IMG/VR virus record: IMGVR_UViG_3300017754_002058
Coordinates: 2,227-66,226 of that record
DNA: 64,000 bases
Direction: 5' to 3' (one strand)
Origin: a virus
Taxonomy: Duplodnaviria > Caudoviricetes
The position numbers and the translations under genes are program-made. Below, piece after piece: positions 15,821 to 24,600 of this stretch. The notes beneath the pieces were generated by a model. It did no database searches. It was not told the DNA's origin and saw nothing but the letters and a program-made list of their open reading frames with translations. Position 1 is the stretch's first letter; each line of letters opens with the position of its first letter.

Positions 15821-15993
15821 GCCAAGAAATATTTAGCCACAACGCCACAATCTACGAGGGTTCACTCAAGCAAGCATTGAACGCCTACAAAGCTCTTAAC
15901 CGTAGTTATTTAACTATGGGGGTGCTGCACGACGCGGAAGCATACACCTTTGAAGATTATTTGAAAGACAACTATAAAACCATAAAGCTATGA
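15817..15993 (+). CDS. Hypothetical protein (58 aa, not in the ORF track)
   Basis: ATGA overlaps on both sides. Confidence 0.5.
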   Translation: MSQEIFSHNATIYEGSLKQALNAYKALNRSYLTMGVLHDAEAYTFEDYLKDNYKTIKL

Positions 15994-16175
15994 CAAAATT
16001 ATATGCCGTAATCGTTGACAATTCAACGGAAAACCACATAGACTACCAAACCTTCAAATGTGTAGCGACCAGCGAAGAGGAAGCAATCAGTAAAATGATG
16101 GCATCCGATTTTGAATACAAACACCAAAGAGTCGCGTCAATACACGACTGGGACTCTAAACAATACCCACAATGA
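15990..16175 (+). CDS. Hypothetical protein
   Basis: 61-aa coupled ORF. Confidence 0.5.
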   Translation: MTKLYAVIVDNSTENHIDYQTFKCVATSEEEAISKMMASDFEYKHQRVASIHDWDSKQYPQ

Positions 16176-16435
16176 AAAAAGTATATTTCACTTGCCCAAT
16201 AGCTTTTGCGCTATACATTAAAGGCGAACCCCAAGAAATACTCTCGTATAGAAACAAGCAAAAAAACGTCATTGAATACTATCTAAACGGAAGCCTAGTA
16301 GGGAAGCAAGTGACCACCGAGAATGACGTGTTTGGAGGCTGGATAAACACACTTTCTATACCCATACCAAAGGAGAACCTCAAAAAAAGAAATGCTTTGT
16401 CCTATGACTACGTAAAGCATTCAGGCAAGCAATGA
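16172..16435 (+). CDS. Hypothetical protein
   Basis: 87-aa coupled ORF. Confidence 0.5.
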   Translation: MKKVYFTCPIAFALYIKGEPQEILSYRNKQKNVIEYYLNGSLVGKQVTTENDVFGGWINTLSIPIPKENLKKRNALSYDYVKHSGKQ

Positions 16436-16496
16436 GGGGTTAATAGTGTACCAAAACAGAAAGGTAAAACGATTGATTGTTAAATAGTGTAAAAAA

Positions 16497-16527
16497 TTGT
16501 AACAAAGCTATTTATGCAATATATTTG
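16497..16527 (+). promoter_or_regulatory. Second plus-strand promoter
   Basis: TTG-N20-TATATTTG upstream of the ORF at 16562. Confidence 0.7.
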
Positions 16528-16561
16528 AAGCCATAAAACAAACTTAAAAAAACAAAACAAA

Positions 16562-16825
16562 ATGAATACGATTGAAATTTTAAACCAAGAAGTAAAGACC
16601 TATAAAATTGGTCAAATGTTTTTGACGCCAAACAAGAGACTGTGTCTCCTAGCACAAGTAGCCCCCTCTAATGTTCAGTTAATAGACTTGGAAGACGGCA
16701 ATCGAATGAAGGAAATGTACAAAGTTGAAAATGTTAATTTAATTACCGCAAAAGAACTCACTCGTTGCGATGAAGACTTCCCTAACTACAAACCAGTTGA
16801 CGCCAAAATAACTGTAACTATATGA
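16562..16825 (+). CDS. Hypothetical protein
   Basis: 87-aa ORF after the promoter. Confidence 0.55.
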   Translation: MNTIEILNQEVKTYKIGQMFLTPNKRLCLLAQVAPSNVQLIDLEDGNRMKEMYKVENVNLITAKELTRCDEDFPNYKPVDAKITVTI

Positions 16826-16888
16826 GAACCTTACTATATTGGCTCTTGATGAAGCTAGGAAAAGAACTAACTAAAAAACATTAAGGAT

Positions 16889-17083
16889 ATGAACAAATAC
16901 ACACCAACCCAATTTATCGCAGACTTCGAAGAATACCTCAACATAGACGCATTGTCTAGGTTTGCTGGAATGAATAAGGTAAGTTTTAGAGACCGAATAA
17001 AGGACGAGTCTAAACATCACTTGATTGATGAAGCCACAAAGAACCTATTGCTAGATATGCGTAACAAACTTAATAAGATATGA
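16889..17083 (+). CDS. Small HTH-like DNA-binding protein
   Basis: EYLNIDALSRFAGMNKVSFRDRIK pattern. Confidence 0.45.
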   Translation: MNKYTPTQFIADFEEYLNIDALSRFAGMNKVSFRDRIKDESKHHLIDEATKNLLLDMRNKLNKI

Positions 17084-17250
17084 CCTACCGCCTCATTTAC
17101 CAGCTCGGAAGCAAATGGATACCCCTCACCAACCCTTGCAACTATGCAGTATGCAAGGCTAAAGAGAAAGAGTACAAAGGAAAGAAGGGCTTTGTAAAGC
17201 TACATATAGTTAAAGCGGAAACCGATTTAAGCACCCATATATGGCAGTAA
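17080..17250 (+). CDS. Hypothetical basic protein (56 aa, not in the ORF track)
   Basis: ATGA overlap with the upstream gene. Confidence 0.45.
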   Translation: MTYRLIYQLGSKWIPLTNPCNYAVCKAKEKEYKGKKGFVKLHIVKAETDLSTHIWQ

Positions 17251-17453
17251 AAAGGGAGTTAAGGGCTAGGAGAATAGCTTTATTCTTTATCGACAACCCC
17301 TTTCCGCTCAACAAAGTAGCCAAGATATACTACCCTTTGCGTTCTTATAAACTGATGAAAAGGGTTTTTCAGGACAATAACACCTATGTAGATGAAGACC
17401 TAAAGGCTTGGGAATTTATAATAAAGCGAATCAAAAAACAAATAACAAAATAA
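17241..17453 (+). CDS. Hypothetical protein
   Basis: 70-aa ORF. Confidence 0.5.
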   Translation: MAVKRELRARRIALFFIDNPFPLNKVAKIYYPLRSYKLMKRVFQDNNTYVDEDLKAWEFIIKRIKKQITK

Positions 17454-17456
17454 ACA

Positions 17457-17657
17457 ATGAAACTAAAACACTACATTATTTTAATCAATGAATTTGCAAA
17501 ACAAAATCCCGAAACACTAGACTTTGACGTTATATTCTCGTCTGATGATGAAGGAAATAGCTTCCATTTGATTAATTACCCAATAAGTAAGGGACACTTT
17601 AGCGGATATGAGTACGACACGAGCAGCGAAACCCCCAATTCTGTATGTATAAATTAA
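17457..17657 (+). CDS. Small conserved phage protein (SSDDEGN motif)
   Basis: VIFSSDDEGNSF...NSVCIN pattern. Confidence 0.55.
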   Translation: MKLKHYIILINEFAKQNPETLDFDVIFSSDDEGNSFHLINYPISKGHFSGYEYDTSSETPNSVCIN

Positions 17658-17666
17658 AAAAACAAA

Positions 17667-18029
17667 ATGAAAAGAAGGGCGTCAAGAATACAACGGGTTA
17701 GAAACGAACAAGTAAATAAGCTGGAGGTTAGGCTTAACAAACTCCGCGTTGAACAATCCCTTGTTCGTAGAACTAAAACCCTTCTTCAAAAAGTACCCGC
17801 GATGTACCGTAATAGCGGTAAAGCCACGGTTTGGTTTGACCATCTTTTTATTGAAATTCAGCCAAATATTCTTAAAAGAAGAAATACGCTCAAAAGAATA
17901 TTTAATTTGCGCCCGATTGCACTAGACAAACCATTTATAGACATAATGGTGAAGGAAATGGGTAAGTATAAAAAGCGGTCAAGAGCAATGGGAATTAAAC
18001 ACGGACTAATCAAAATAACAAAACAATGA
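17667..18029 (+). CDS. Hypothetical basic protein
   Basis: 120-aa K/R-rich ORF. Confidence 0.5.
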   Translation: MKRRASRIQRVRNEQVNKLEVRLNKLRVEQSLVRRTKTLLQKVPAMYRNSGKATVWFDHLFIEIQPNILKRRNTLKRIFNLRPIALDKPFIDIMVKEMGKYKKRSRAMGIKHGLIKITKQ

Positions 18030-18637
18030 ATCTTTTACAAAAATTACACAACATTCAAGAGAAGGTATCAGGACTTGGAAAGGACAAGGATACTAAGAGT
18101 CAGTACAACCCTAACGGCTTTAAGTACGTTACTGGCGACAAGGTAATAAGCGCCATTAAACCACTTATGAATACACACAAACTGATTCTTAAACAAGAGG
18201 TTGTTAAAATGGAGAACCAACCCATTACCTACGTTAATGCTAAAGGCAACAACAAGACCGAAGTTCTTACCTCTATGCATTTCAAGTTCACTTGGATTGA
18301 CACAGAAAGCGGAGAGAGAGAAGAATGTTTGTTTGCTGCCAATGGAATGAACGATTTTGATAAGGGCGCGGGGAGCGCAATTACTTATGCGGGAAGATAT
18401 TTCCTTCTCAAATTCTTTCTTATTGCTACCGACGAAGACGACGTTGACGCTATTGTACGCGAGTATATGGATAACCAACCAACTCAACCAGCTCCTAAAA
18501 AAGTAGCTATCACCGCCGAAAAGGTAGACGGGCTAGTAAAGTGGATGAAGGATAACAAGAAAACGATTGACCAAGCTAAAGACGCTTACGATATATCCGC
18601 AGACATTGAGAAACAAATTAACAATAAACTTAAATGA
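18026..18637 (+). CDS. erf: ERF family single-strand annealing protein
   Basis: FKYVTGDKVISAIKPLM...DKGAGSAITYAGRYFLLKFFLIATDEDDVD. Confidence 0.85.
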   Translation: MNLLQKLHNIQEKVSGLGKDKDTKSQYNPNGFKYVTGDKVISAIKPLMNTHKLILKQEVVKMENQPITYVNAKGNNKTEVLTSMHFKFTWIDTESGEREECLFAANGMNDFDKGAGSAITYAGRYFLLKFFLIATDEDDVDAIVREYMDNQPTQPAPKKVAITAEKVDGLVKWMKDNKKTIDQAKDAYDISADIEKQINNKLK

Positions 18638-18801
18638 AATTCCTTACCGACCAAGAACGTGAAAGGTTGAAGGTTAGAAACCGAATAGCCAATCATTTCA
18701 CACACCACTCTCAACGAGAGTTATCAATCATTGAATTACAAACCATTCACACAATTATTTATGGAACAACTACAAATAGTAAACACGAAGTTATTGACTA
18801 A
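18634..18801 (+). CDS. Hypothetical protein (55 aa, not in the ORF track)
   Basis: ATGA overlap with erf. Confidence 0.4.
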   Translation: MKFLTDQERERLKVRNRIANHFTHHSQRELSIIELQTIHTIIYGTTTNSKHEVID

Positions 18802-19225
18802 GGTCGGAATCAACGAAACCGCCAGCCAAATAGTTCAAGCCCTAGAAAACGGAGACGTAAGTCCTCTAGACCTTAAAATGGCTTTTAAAGCTATTGACAC
18901 TCTAGGAGAAAAAGTTAAGAAATCTTTAGATAGCCACCTCGTAGAAGTAGCGTCTAAATATGAAAAGACCTTTATGTATAAAGGGTCGGAGTTCACCACT
19001 ATGGAAGCTGGAGTCAAGTACGACTACTCAGAGTGCGGACACCCCGAATACAATGAGTTAGTTGCTCAAATTGCTATGCTAGATAAACGCAAGAAAGAGA
19101 TTGAGAGCGACTTAAAAGGCATTAAAGGAAGTAGAACGGAGGTCATTGAGAATACAGGAGAGATTGTCAAGCTATACCCCCCTAAAAAGACAAGTACAAC
19201 AACAGTATCAACAACAATCAAATGA
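18761..19225 (+). CDS. Conserved Bacteroidetes-phage protein next to ERF
   Basis: V.NGDVSPL...GVKYDYSEC.HPEY..L...K..E..LK pattern; ATG at 18761 preferred to the TTG at 18731. Confidence 0.55.
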   Translation: MEQLQIVNTKLLTKVGINETASQIVQALENGDVSPLDLKMAFKAIDTLGEKVKKSLDSHLVEVASKYEKTFMYKGSEFTTMEAGVKYDYSECGHPEYNELVAQIAMLDKRKKEIESDLKGIKGSRTEVIENTGEIVKLYPPKKTSTTTVSTTIK

Positions 19226-19464
19226 AAGCAGTAAAAGGAATCGTTAGGTTGAAGCCTATCATCGAGTACCGCTCGGAACTCCTAGACATCAAGAACAAGA
19301 CCGTCACCCAATGTATCGTCACCGATGCGGGAGAGGGGTGTGAATGTAAAGTAGGAGATAAGGTTCTTATCCGTAAAACCTCTATATCAAAGTTTGAGAA
19401 TGAGGGTATTGATGGGGAACTACTTGTAAGTGAAGAAAAATCAGTAATAGGAATACTTAAATGA
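19222..19464 (+). CDS. groES: GroES-like co-chaperonin (copy 2)
   Basis: MKAVKGIVRLKP...CIVTDAGEGCECKVGDKVLI...LLVSEEKSVIGIL. Confidence 0.65.
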   Translation: MKAVKGIVRLKPIIEYRSELLDIKNKTVTQCIVTDAGEGCECKVGDKVLIRKTSISKFENEGIDGELLVSEEKSVIGILK

Positions 19465-19471
19465 AAGCACG

Positions 19472-19738
19472 ATGAACATAATCTTTAGAATCCTTTTAGC
19501 ACCATTCATTTACCTAGCTTGGCTATCAAGTGATAGTGAAACAAAAAAGTCTAGCTTTCGAGAAGTATGGGAGGGTATGAAGCCACACAAATGCAAATTC
19601 ACAATAGTTGAGAAAGGTTATGAAGATGATTGGAGGCATTGTGAACACCGAGGTTGTAACTACGTTTGCCAAACTAAACACCTAGACACAAACGGATATG
19701 AAGATAAATCTACTTACTCTCACAATCAAAACAAATGA
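19472..19738 (+). CDS. Hypothetical protein with N-terminal hydrophobic segment and Cys/His cluster
   Basis: MNIIFRILLAPFIYLAWL; HKC...HCEHRGC. Confidence 0.45.
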   Translation: MNIIFRILLAPFIYLAWLSSDSETKKSSFREVWEGMKPHKCKFTIVEKGYEDDWRHCEHRGCNYVCQTKHLDTNGYEDKSTYSHNQNK

Positions 19739-19932
19739 AAGCACGAATACAATACAAGGTTGAAGTAATGGTCTTCCAAGACGTAGAATTATCCGACCAA
19801 GAGTTTAAGGACATCAAAACGTCCCGCAAAGTCTACGAAAACACCGACCTCTACAACCGTCTAACTAGCCAAGTGAAGATTGGTCAAATAGAGTGGTGGG
19901 GAGATATTGAAGAACTAAAAATCGAGAAGTAA
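19735..19932 (+). CDS. Hypothetical protein
   Basis: 65-aa coupled ORF. Confidence 0.5.
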   Translation: MKARIQYKVEVMVFQDVELSDQEFKDIKTSRKVYENTDLYNRLTSQVKIGQIEWWGDIEELKIEK

Positions 19933-20159
19933 TGGTAAAAGTACACAAGGAATGGGAGCATATCTACTTCACCGCTTCCAAGAAAGGGCTAGACCCTATT
20001 CGGGTAGAATTAGCGTTCAATCACATATCCAAGCAATACACTCTTTGCACCAAGCACCAAGAGGGAGTATTCTTTAACGGAGATACTATTGAACAGTCCA
20101 AGTTAAAACTAGAGGCGATTAAAGCGGCTATTAAACACATTGAAAACGAACTATTATGA
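19932..20159 (+). CDS. Hypothetical protein
   Basis: 75-aa coupled ORF. Confidence 0.5.
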   Translation: MVKVHKEWEHIYFTASKKGLDPIRVELAFNHISKQYTLCTKHQEGVFFNGDTIEQSKLKLEAIKAAIKHIENELL

Positions 20160-20575
20160 AAAGAGAGATTAAGTTTAGAGCAAACGTAAAATATAACGGA
20201 TTTCACTTATTTGCGGGTGAATGGGTTGTAGGTAGTGTTATTACTAGAAGCAACTCAACTACTATGTTTGTAGTAGAAGAAGATAATCTAGGTAATGTTA
20301 TCCGCGAATTTGAAACCGAAGTAATCCACGAAACCGTTGGTCAATTCACGGGATTAAAAGACCAAGATGGAAAGGAAATATACGAGGGGGACATAGTAAG
20401 TTACACAAACCCATTCAATCATAACGAATACACTCATAAAGTTTTGTGGGACGATACGTGGGCTTGTTTCGGTCTGTTTAATAACGAAAGCAAGTTCGCC
20501 CAAGAAACCGATTGGGTAAAAATAATTAAAGTTTCCTTGTTGGGAAATATTCACGATAACCCCGAACTCCTATGA
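20156..20575 (+). CDS. yopX: YopX family protein
   Basis: MKREIKFRA...ETVGQFTGLKDQDGKEIYEGDIV...LGNIHDNPELL. Confidence 0.9.
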   Translation: MKREIKFRANVKYNGFHLFAGEWVVGSVITRSNSTTMFVVEEDNLGNVIREFETEVIHETVGQFTGLKDQDGKEIYEGDIVSYTNPFNHNEYTHKVLWDDTWACFGLFNNESKFAQETDWVKIIKVSLLGNIHDNPELL

Positions 20576-20814
20576 AAGACGAAACATTACAAGAACTAGC
20601 GAAACTCGCAGCCCAAAAGCTACACTCCGACCCCTCCACCCTCCTAGACATATTCATTGAAGAAGAATTGTACGTGGTGGAGTTCTACGGTTACAACTCG
20701 ATATACGATGCGGAAGTGAAGTCGATTAGTTGGACGGACGAGCAGTTTGCAGACGATGAAGATTTGGGTTATTTTGACGAATTGCTTGAAGAACAAATCT
20801 ACCTACACACATGA
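20572..20814 (+). CDS. Small acidic hypothetical protein
   Basis: 80 aa, D/E-rich. Confidence 0.5.
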   Translation: MKDETLQELAKLAAQKLHSDPSTLLDIFIEEELYVVEFYGYNSIYDAEVKSISWTDEQFADDEDLGYFDELLEEQIYLHT

Positions 20815-21119
20815 ACCTACAACCCATCCGTTACTACCTCCAAACCGAGGTAGACAAGTCCAACCTAGACTTTTCGGACGCACGAAAGGGCAAGTTAGTT
20901 CACTTCTTTTACGAAGGTGGTGAGAACTACGCCCTTATCGTTGACGACCAAGGAATAGTTAGGGAAACATTGGCGGGATTCATCAAGGTAATCGGTGACG
21001 ACACCAAGAGGACTTTAGCCCAAGCCGCCGAAAATATCAAAAACTTAAAAGAATACTACGTACCTCAATCACTACATTTGCAGTTTGAAAAGGACGTGGA
21101 TAAAATCAAAGAACTATGA
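20811..21119 (+). CDS. Hypothetical protein
   Basis: 102-aa coupled ORF. Confidence 0.5.
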   Translation: MNLQPIRYYLQTEVDKSNLDFSDARKGKLVHFFYEGGENYALIVDDQGIVRETLAGFIKVIGDDTKRTLAQAAENIKNLKEYYVPQSLHLQFEKDVDKIKEL

Positions 21120-21475
21120 CAATACCCCACAAATACATTTACATAGCACTAGGAGTCGTTATCTTGTCCCTAGTGGGCTATCTTGCTTTCAAAGAGTACA
21201 ACTCCCCATACGAGCAAATACAAAGGCAAAACGACGAACTGCTCAAAGAGGTAGACAAGATAGAGCGCTTAGTACACGACTTAGGAGTGGAAAGGAAATT
21301 GAGAACCGATACTATCCGAGAGATAGAAACTAGATTAAAAATTAACGAAAAATCATACTACAATGAAATTGCTTATATTCTTAGTGCTGATTATCGCACT
21401 ACCGATTCAGTCTATTGGGTCAACTCCCGTAGATTCGATTCCTCATTCTACGCGGGACAGTTTAATCCGAGGTAA
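21116..21475 (+). CDS. Candidate inner-membrane spanin-like protein
   Basis: N-terminal TM (YIYIALGVVILSLVGYLAF) followed by a coiled coil. Confidence 0.45.
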   Translation: MTIPHKYIYIALGVVILSLVGYLAFKEYNSPYEQIQRQNDELLKEVDKIERLVHDLGVERKLRTDTIREIETRLKINEKSYYNEIAYILSADYRTTDSVYWVNSRRFDSSFYAGQFNPR

Positions 21476-21800
21476 CGAGAAGCAACGCTTTAACCTAGCC
21501 TACACCTCCCTTCTTTATTGGTGGCAATACGCCATTGAGCAAGAAAAGATAATGGCTCAAAAAGATAGCATTATCGAAACCTACGAAACCGAAACGGGGT
21601 TACAAGCGAATAGCGTAGAGGCTTTGAAAGAAGTAATCCGTAACAACGAAATGATAGATGATAGTGTATGTGAGGACAAAATAAATAAGGCGGTAGAGAA
21701 AAGTGATAGAAGAAAGAAAAGCTGGAGAACTACGGCGATTGTGGCTGGTGGAGTGGCTATTGCGGAGGGATTGCTTATCTATATTATTAGCGTTTTTTAG
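21363..21800 (+). CDS. Candidate second spanin-like component
   Basis: Signal-peptide-like N-terminus, coiled coil and C-terminal TM; overlaps the previous gene by 113 nt. Confidence 0.45.
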   Translation: MKLLIFLVLIIALPIQSIGSTPVDSIPHSTRDSLIRGNEKQRFNLAYTSLLYWWQYAIEQEKIMAQKDSIIETYETETGLQANSVEALKEVIRNNEMIDDSVCEDKINKAVEKSDRRKKSWRTTAIVAGGVAIAEGLLIYIISVF

Positions 21801-21853
21801 CTTTTCTCCTTCACTAGAATGTTTATTTTTGACAAAACAAAACAAACAACACA

Positions 21854-22093
21854 ATGATTAAATTTGAACCTAAACCTAAGAAAACAATCCAGTACTTTGA
21901 TGGCACGGCAGCCCTAGACCAAAACTACACTTTTACGATTGTGAAGTCTATCAATGGCTCTCAAAAGTATTCCGTACAAGACATTGCCCCCGAACCTACC
22001 TCGGACGACATTCGTGCCTTTATAGTTAAAACTATTGAGAACTGCGCTGCTAAAGAAGGCGTTGGCGTTACAAACATTAATACCGAACAATAA
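21854..22093 (+). CDS. Hypothetical protein
   Basis: 79 aa; -7 box TATTTTTG at 21824-21831. Confidence 0.5.
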   Translation: MIKFEPKPKKTIQYFDGTAALDQNYTFTIVKSINGSQKYSVQDIAPEPTSDDIRAFIVKTIENCAAKEGVGVTNINTEQ

Positions 22094-22094
22094 A

Positions 22095-22454
22095 ATGAAA
22101 CAAGAAGAAAAAACACCACTACTAATTACCGCAATCCTACACGGGTTCTGCATCATTAATGCCGCAGACGAACTGGGTAATGAGTACATTAAGCAAGAAA
22201 CAAAGCAATCGCTTAACCGTTTTATTCAAACGTTTATGAGGGCGCACAAGCACCAAATCGCTTTAATGTTCAACACTCAAACTGACCATAGTGAGAATAG
22301 AGGTGACGCATTGATTGAAGGGCAAACTATCGTAGAACTTCTAGGCAAGCAAATCGGTAGTATGCCATACCATACGTACCCCGACCTTATCAATTTGATT
22401 GAGGGATACAAGAACGGAACTGTCGTATTGGAAAAAGAATTTGAAAAGAAATGA
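22095..22454 (+). CDS. Hypothetical protein (start revised to the ATG at 22095)
   Basis: ATG 1 nt after the previous stop. Confidence 0.5.
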   Translation: MKQEEKTPLLITAILHGFCIINAADELGNEYIKQETKQSLNRFIQTFMRAHKHQIALMFNTQTDHSENRGDALIEGQTIVELLGKQIGSMPYHTYPDLINLIEGYKNGTVVLEKEFEKK

Positions 22455-23296
22455 AAATCCACATCTTATCTTGCATTTGGAGACGCCCCCAAGTCACCGA
22501 ATTATTCTTAGCTGGCATTAGACGACTACAAATCGACTTTGACGTTAGCGGTACTCTAGTAGTGTCCACTAAAGAAGATATGGCTTTAGTGACCTCGCTA
22601 TTGCCTCCAAATTTCGAAGTAATCTCTTACCCTAACAACCCCTTATCCAATAAGTTCAATCAGGGACTATTTCACGCTATGAAGTCGAATTGGGACGGAC
22701 TACTTATTATGGGTTCTGACGACCTACTATCTAACGAGGGGCTTGGGTTACTAATTGGTTCTAACAAACCATACGTGGGCTTCGGAGATATTCACTTCTT
22801 TAGCACAGAGACTAGAGAATGGAGATATTTCAATCACGATAGCACTAGACTTATTGGTGCTGGACGATTGATTAGAAGAGAAGTTCTAAACCTTCTTTGC
22901 AACCGCGTCACTTGCTATTTTAGAAAAGATAGAGATATTGCGGGAGTGACGTATAAGGCGAGAGAACCATTTGAAACGACTTTTGACGTGGCTAAATATT
23001 ACGAGGGAATGGACTATGTAAGAGATATTTCTCGTCCCCGTAACAAAGGTCTTTGGGAAAACGGGTTGGAGCGTGGGTTAGATAATAGCAGCGAGCTTCA
23101 CCTAGTGATGTTGGGGTTTGCGCCTTATAAAATAAAAAGTGAGCGCGTACACTTAATAGATATTAAAACCAACCAAAATGTAACCAACTGGAACAGATTT
23201 ATGGATTGTAGAGAAGGGTATGAGCCAACTTGGTTTATGAATGACGAGGAGATTAATTTGTTAAGCCACATTAAATTTGAACAAGATGAAGCCTAG
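22451..23296 (+). CDS. GT-A fold (GT2-like) glycosyltransferase
   Basis: IHILSCIWRRP, NNPLSNKFNQG, LLIMGSDDLL, IGAGR. Confidence 0.75.
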   Translation: MKIHILSCIWRRPQVTELFLAGIRRLQIDFDVSGTLVVSTKEDMALVTSLLPPNFEVISYPNNPLSNKFNQGLFHAMKSNWDGLLIMGSDDLLSNEGLGLLIGSNKPYVGFGDIHFFSTETREWRYFNHDSTRLIGAGRLIRREVLNLLCNRVTCYFRKDRDIAGVTYKAREPFETTFDVAKYYEGMDYVRDISRPRNKGLWENGLERGLDNSSELHLVMLGFAPYKIKSERVHLIDIKTNQNVTNWNRFMDCREGYEPTWFMNDEEINLLSHIKFEQDEA

Positions 23297-23438
23297 ACAC
23301 CTACCTAAAAAGAATAATTCCGTGAGGGATTTGAGAAATTATCGATTAATGCCTAAAGACCCGTTTATTGTTATGCTGGAGCGTGACGAAAACGAAGTGC
23401 GGAAACAAATTGAGTTAAAAGAAACTAAGTGGGATTAA
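23286..23438 (+). CDS. Hypothetical protein (50 aa, not in the ORF track)
   Basis: Its stop overlaps the convergent endolysin stop. Confidence 0.4.
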   Translation: MKPRHLPKKNNSVRDLRNYRLMPKDPFIVMLERDENEVRKQIELKETKWD

Positions 23439-23974
23439 TAATACCGACTGACTTGGTATATTGACGATTTAAGCCTTTTCTTTTTGAAAACGCCATCTCT
23501 ACCGCTGCTAGTTTCACGAGTGTCAGCCTCGCTTGTGTTTCCTTCAATGGTTTCTACCCATTTATCATCCCACAAGACGATAAACCCAGTATGACCAATT
23601 CTATTCAAGTTCGGGTAGTACAACGTAAACACGTCTCCACCGCTCGGAGTAATAGTATTCTTATCGGGATAACGACGGTCATAGATACGGTTATTAGCCG
23701 TTGCGGAAGCCGCCCAAGCATTAACTTTGTTACGTATTCTACAAGCATCAAGTATGTAACGAACGAACGCACTGCACCACGCGGCTGGAGTAGTTATCCC
23801 CGCATTGAGTAAGTATTCGCTAACCCGTTGTCCTTTGTTGTTACCTCCTTCTTCTCTTACTCCTATTTCTTTTGTAGCCTGTGCTACAATACACTCTTGC
23901 TTTGTCTGCTTACAAATCGGACAAGTAAATGAGGTAAGGAATATTAAGATGATGAGGGCTAGTATCTTTTTCAT
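23435..23974 (-). CDS. CHAP/NlpC-P60-type endolysin with N-terminal signal
   Basis: EIGVREEGGNNKG, AWCSAFV (catalytic Cys), GHTGFI (His), TIEGNTS; start revised to MKKILALIILIFL. Confidence 0.8.
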   Translation of the reverse strand: MKKILALIILIFLTSFTCPICKQTKQECIVAQATKEIGVREEGGNNKGQRVSEYLLNAGITTPAAWCSAFVRYILDACRIRNKVNAWAASATANNRIYDRRYPDKNTITPSGGDVFTLYYPNLNRIGHTGFIVLWDDKWVETIEGNTSEADTRETSSGRDGVFKKKRLKSSIYQVSRYY

Positions 23975-24306
23975 ATAATTGCCAAGATAATCAATCCAAA
24001 CGCTCCTAGATACAAGCAAAGCAATTTGAAGTAATCTTGGGGCATCTTTCCAGCGCCATCTAACCAAGTCTTATACTCATTAAACACACTCGGCTGATTG
24101 AACTTTATTGCGCCGTGAGCAAGGGCATTGCCACTTAATATAGTAATAGCCGCCATTACAATAGTCTGCACCCAATCATCTTGATATATAGCGTTGGCGC
24201 TATCAATCCACAATAATACTTTTTGTAAAGAAAAAAGCCCTAGAATAGCTATTGGAATAGCAAATATTTCGGGGTAGAGTTGGACAATTTTAAAAAGTTT
24301 TTTCAT
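23971..24306 (-). CDS. Holin-like membrane protein
   Basis: Three hydrophobic segments; directly upstream of the endolysin. Confidence 0.55.
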   Translation of the reverse strand: MKKLFKIVQLYPEIFAIPIAILGLFSLQKVLLWIDSANAIYQDDWVQTIVMAAITILSGNALAHGAIKFNQPSVFNEYKTWLDGAGKMPQDYFKLLCLYLGAFGLIILAII

Positions 24307-24542
24307 TTCTTGTATCGTTTCTTAATGTTATCAATCAACCTTAATACCATAACTATAAAACCCGCGATAGCAGTCAAACAACCAAATACAACTGATACAA
24401 ACTTTATCCAATCTTGCATATCAGGCACATAAGCTGGTAGCGATAATATAACCCAAGCCGTTAGCCACTTTCCAAACACCACTACATCGTCTTGGCTGCT
24501 ATCAAAAACCCCCGCAAAGTGCATAAATATGTTTCTAATCAT
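24303..24542 (-). CDS. Holin/antiholin-like membrane protein
   Basis: Two TM segments and a basic C-terminus (KKRYKK). Confidence 0.6.
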   Translation of the reverse strand: MIRNIFMHFAGVFDSSQDDVVVFGKWLTAWVILSLPAYVPDMQDWIKFVSVVFGCLTAIAGFIVMVLRLIDNIKKRYKK

Positions 24543-24559
24543 TGTAATTAACGTTTACG

Positions 24560-24589
24560 CAAAAATACATTAAAATTATCTTATTTCAA
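24560..24589 (-). promoter_or_regulatory. Lysis cassette promoter
   Basis: TTG-N19-TATTTTTG. Confidence 0.65.
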
Positions 24590-24600
24590 TTACTAAAACC

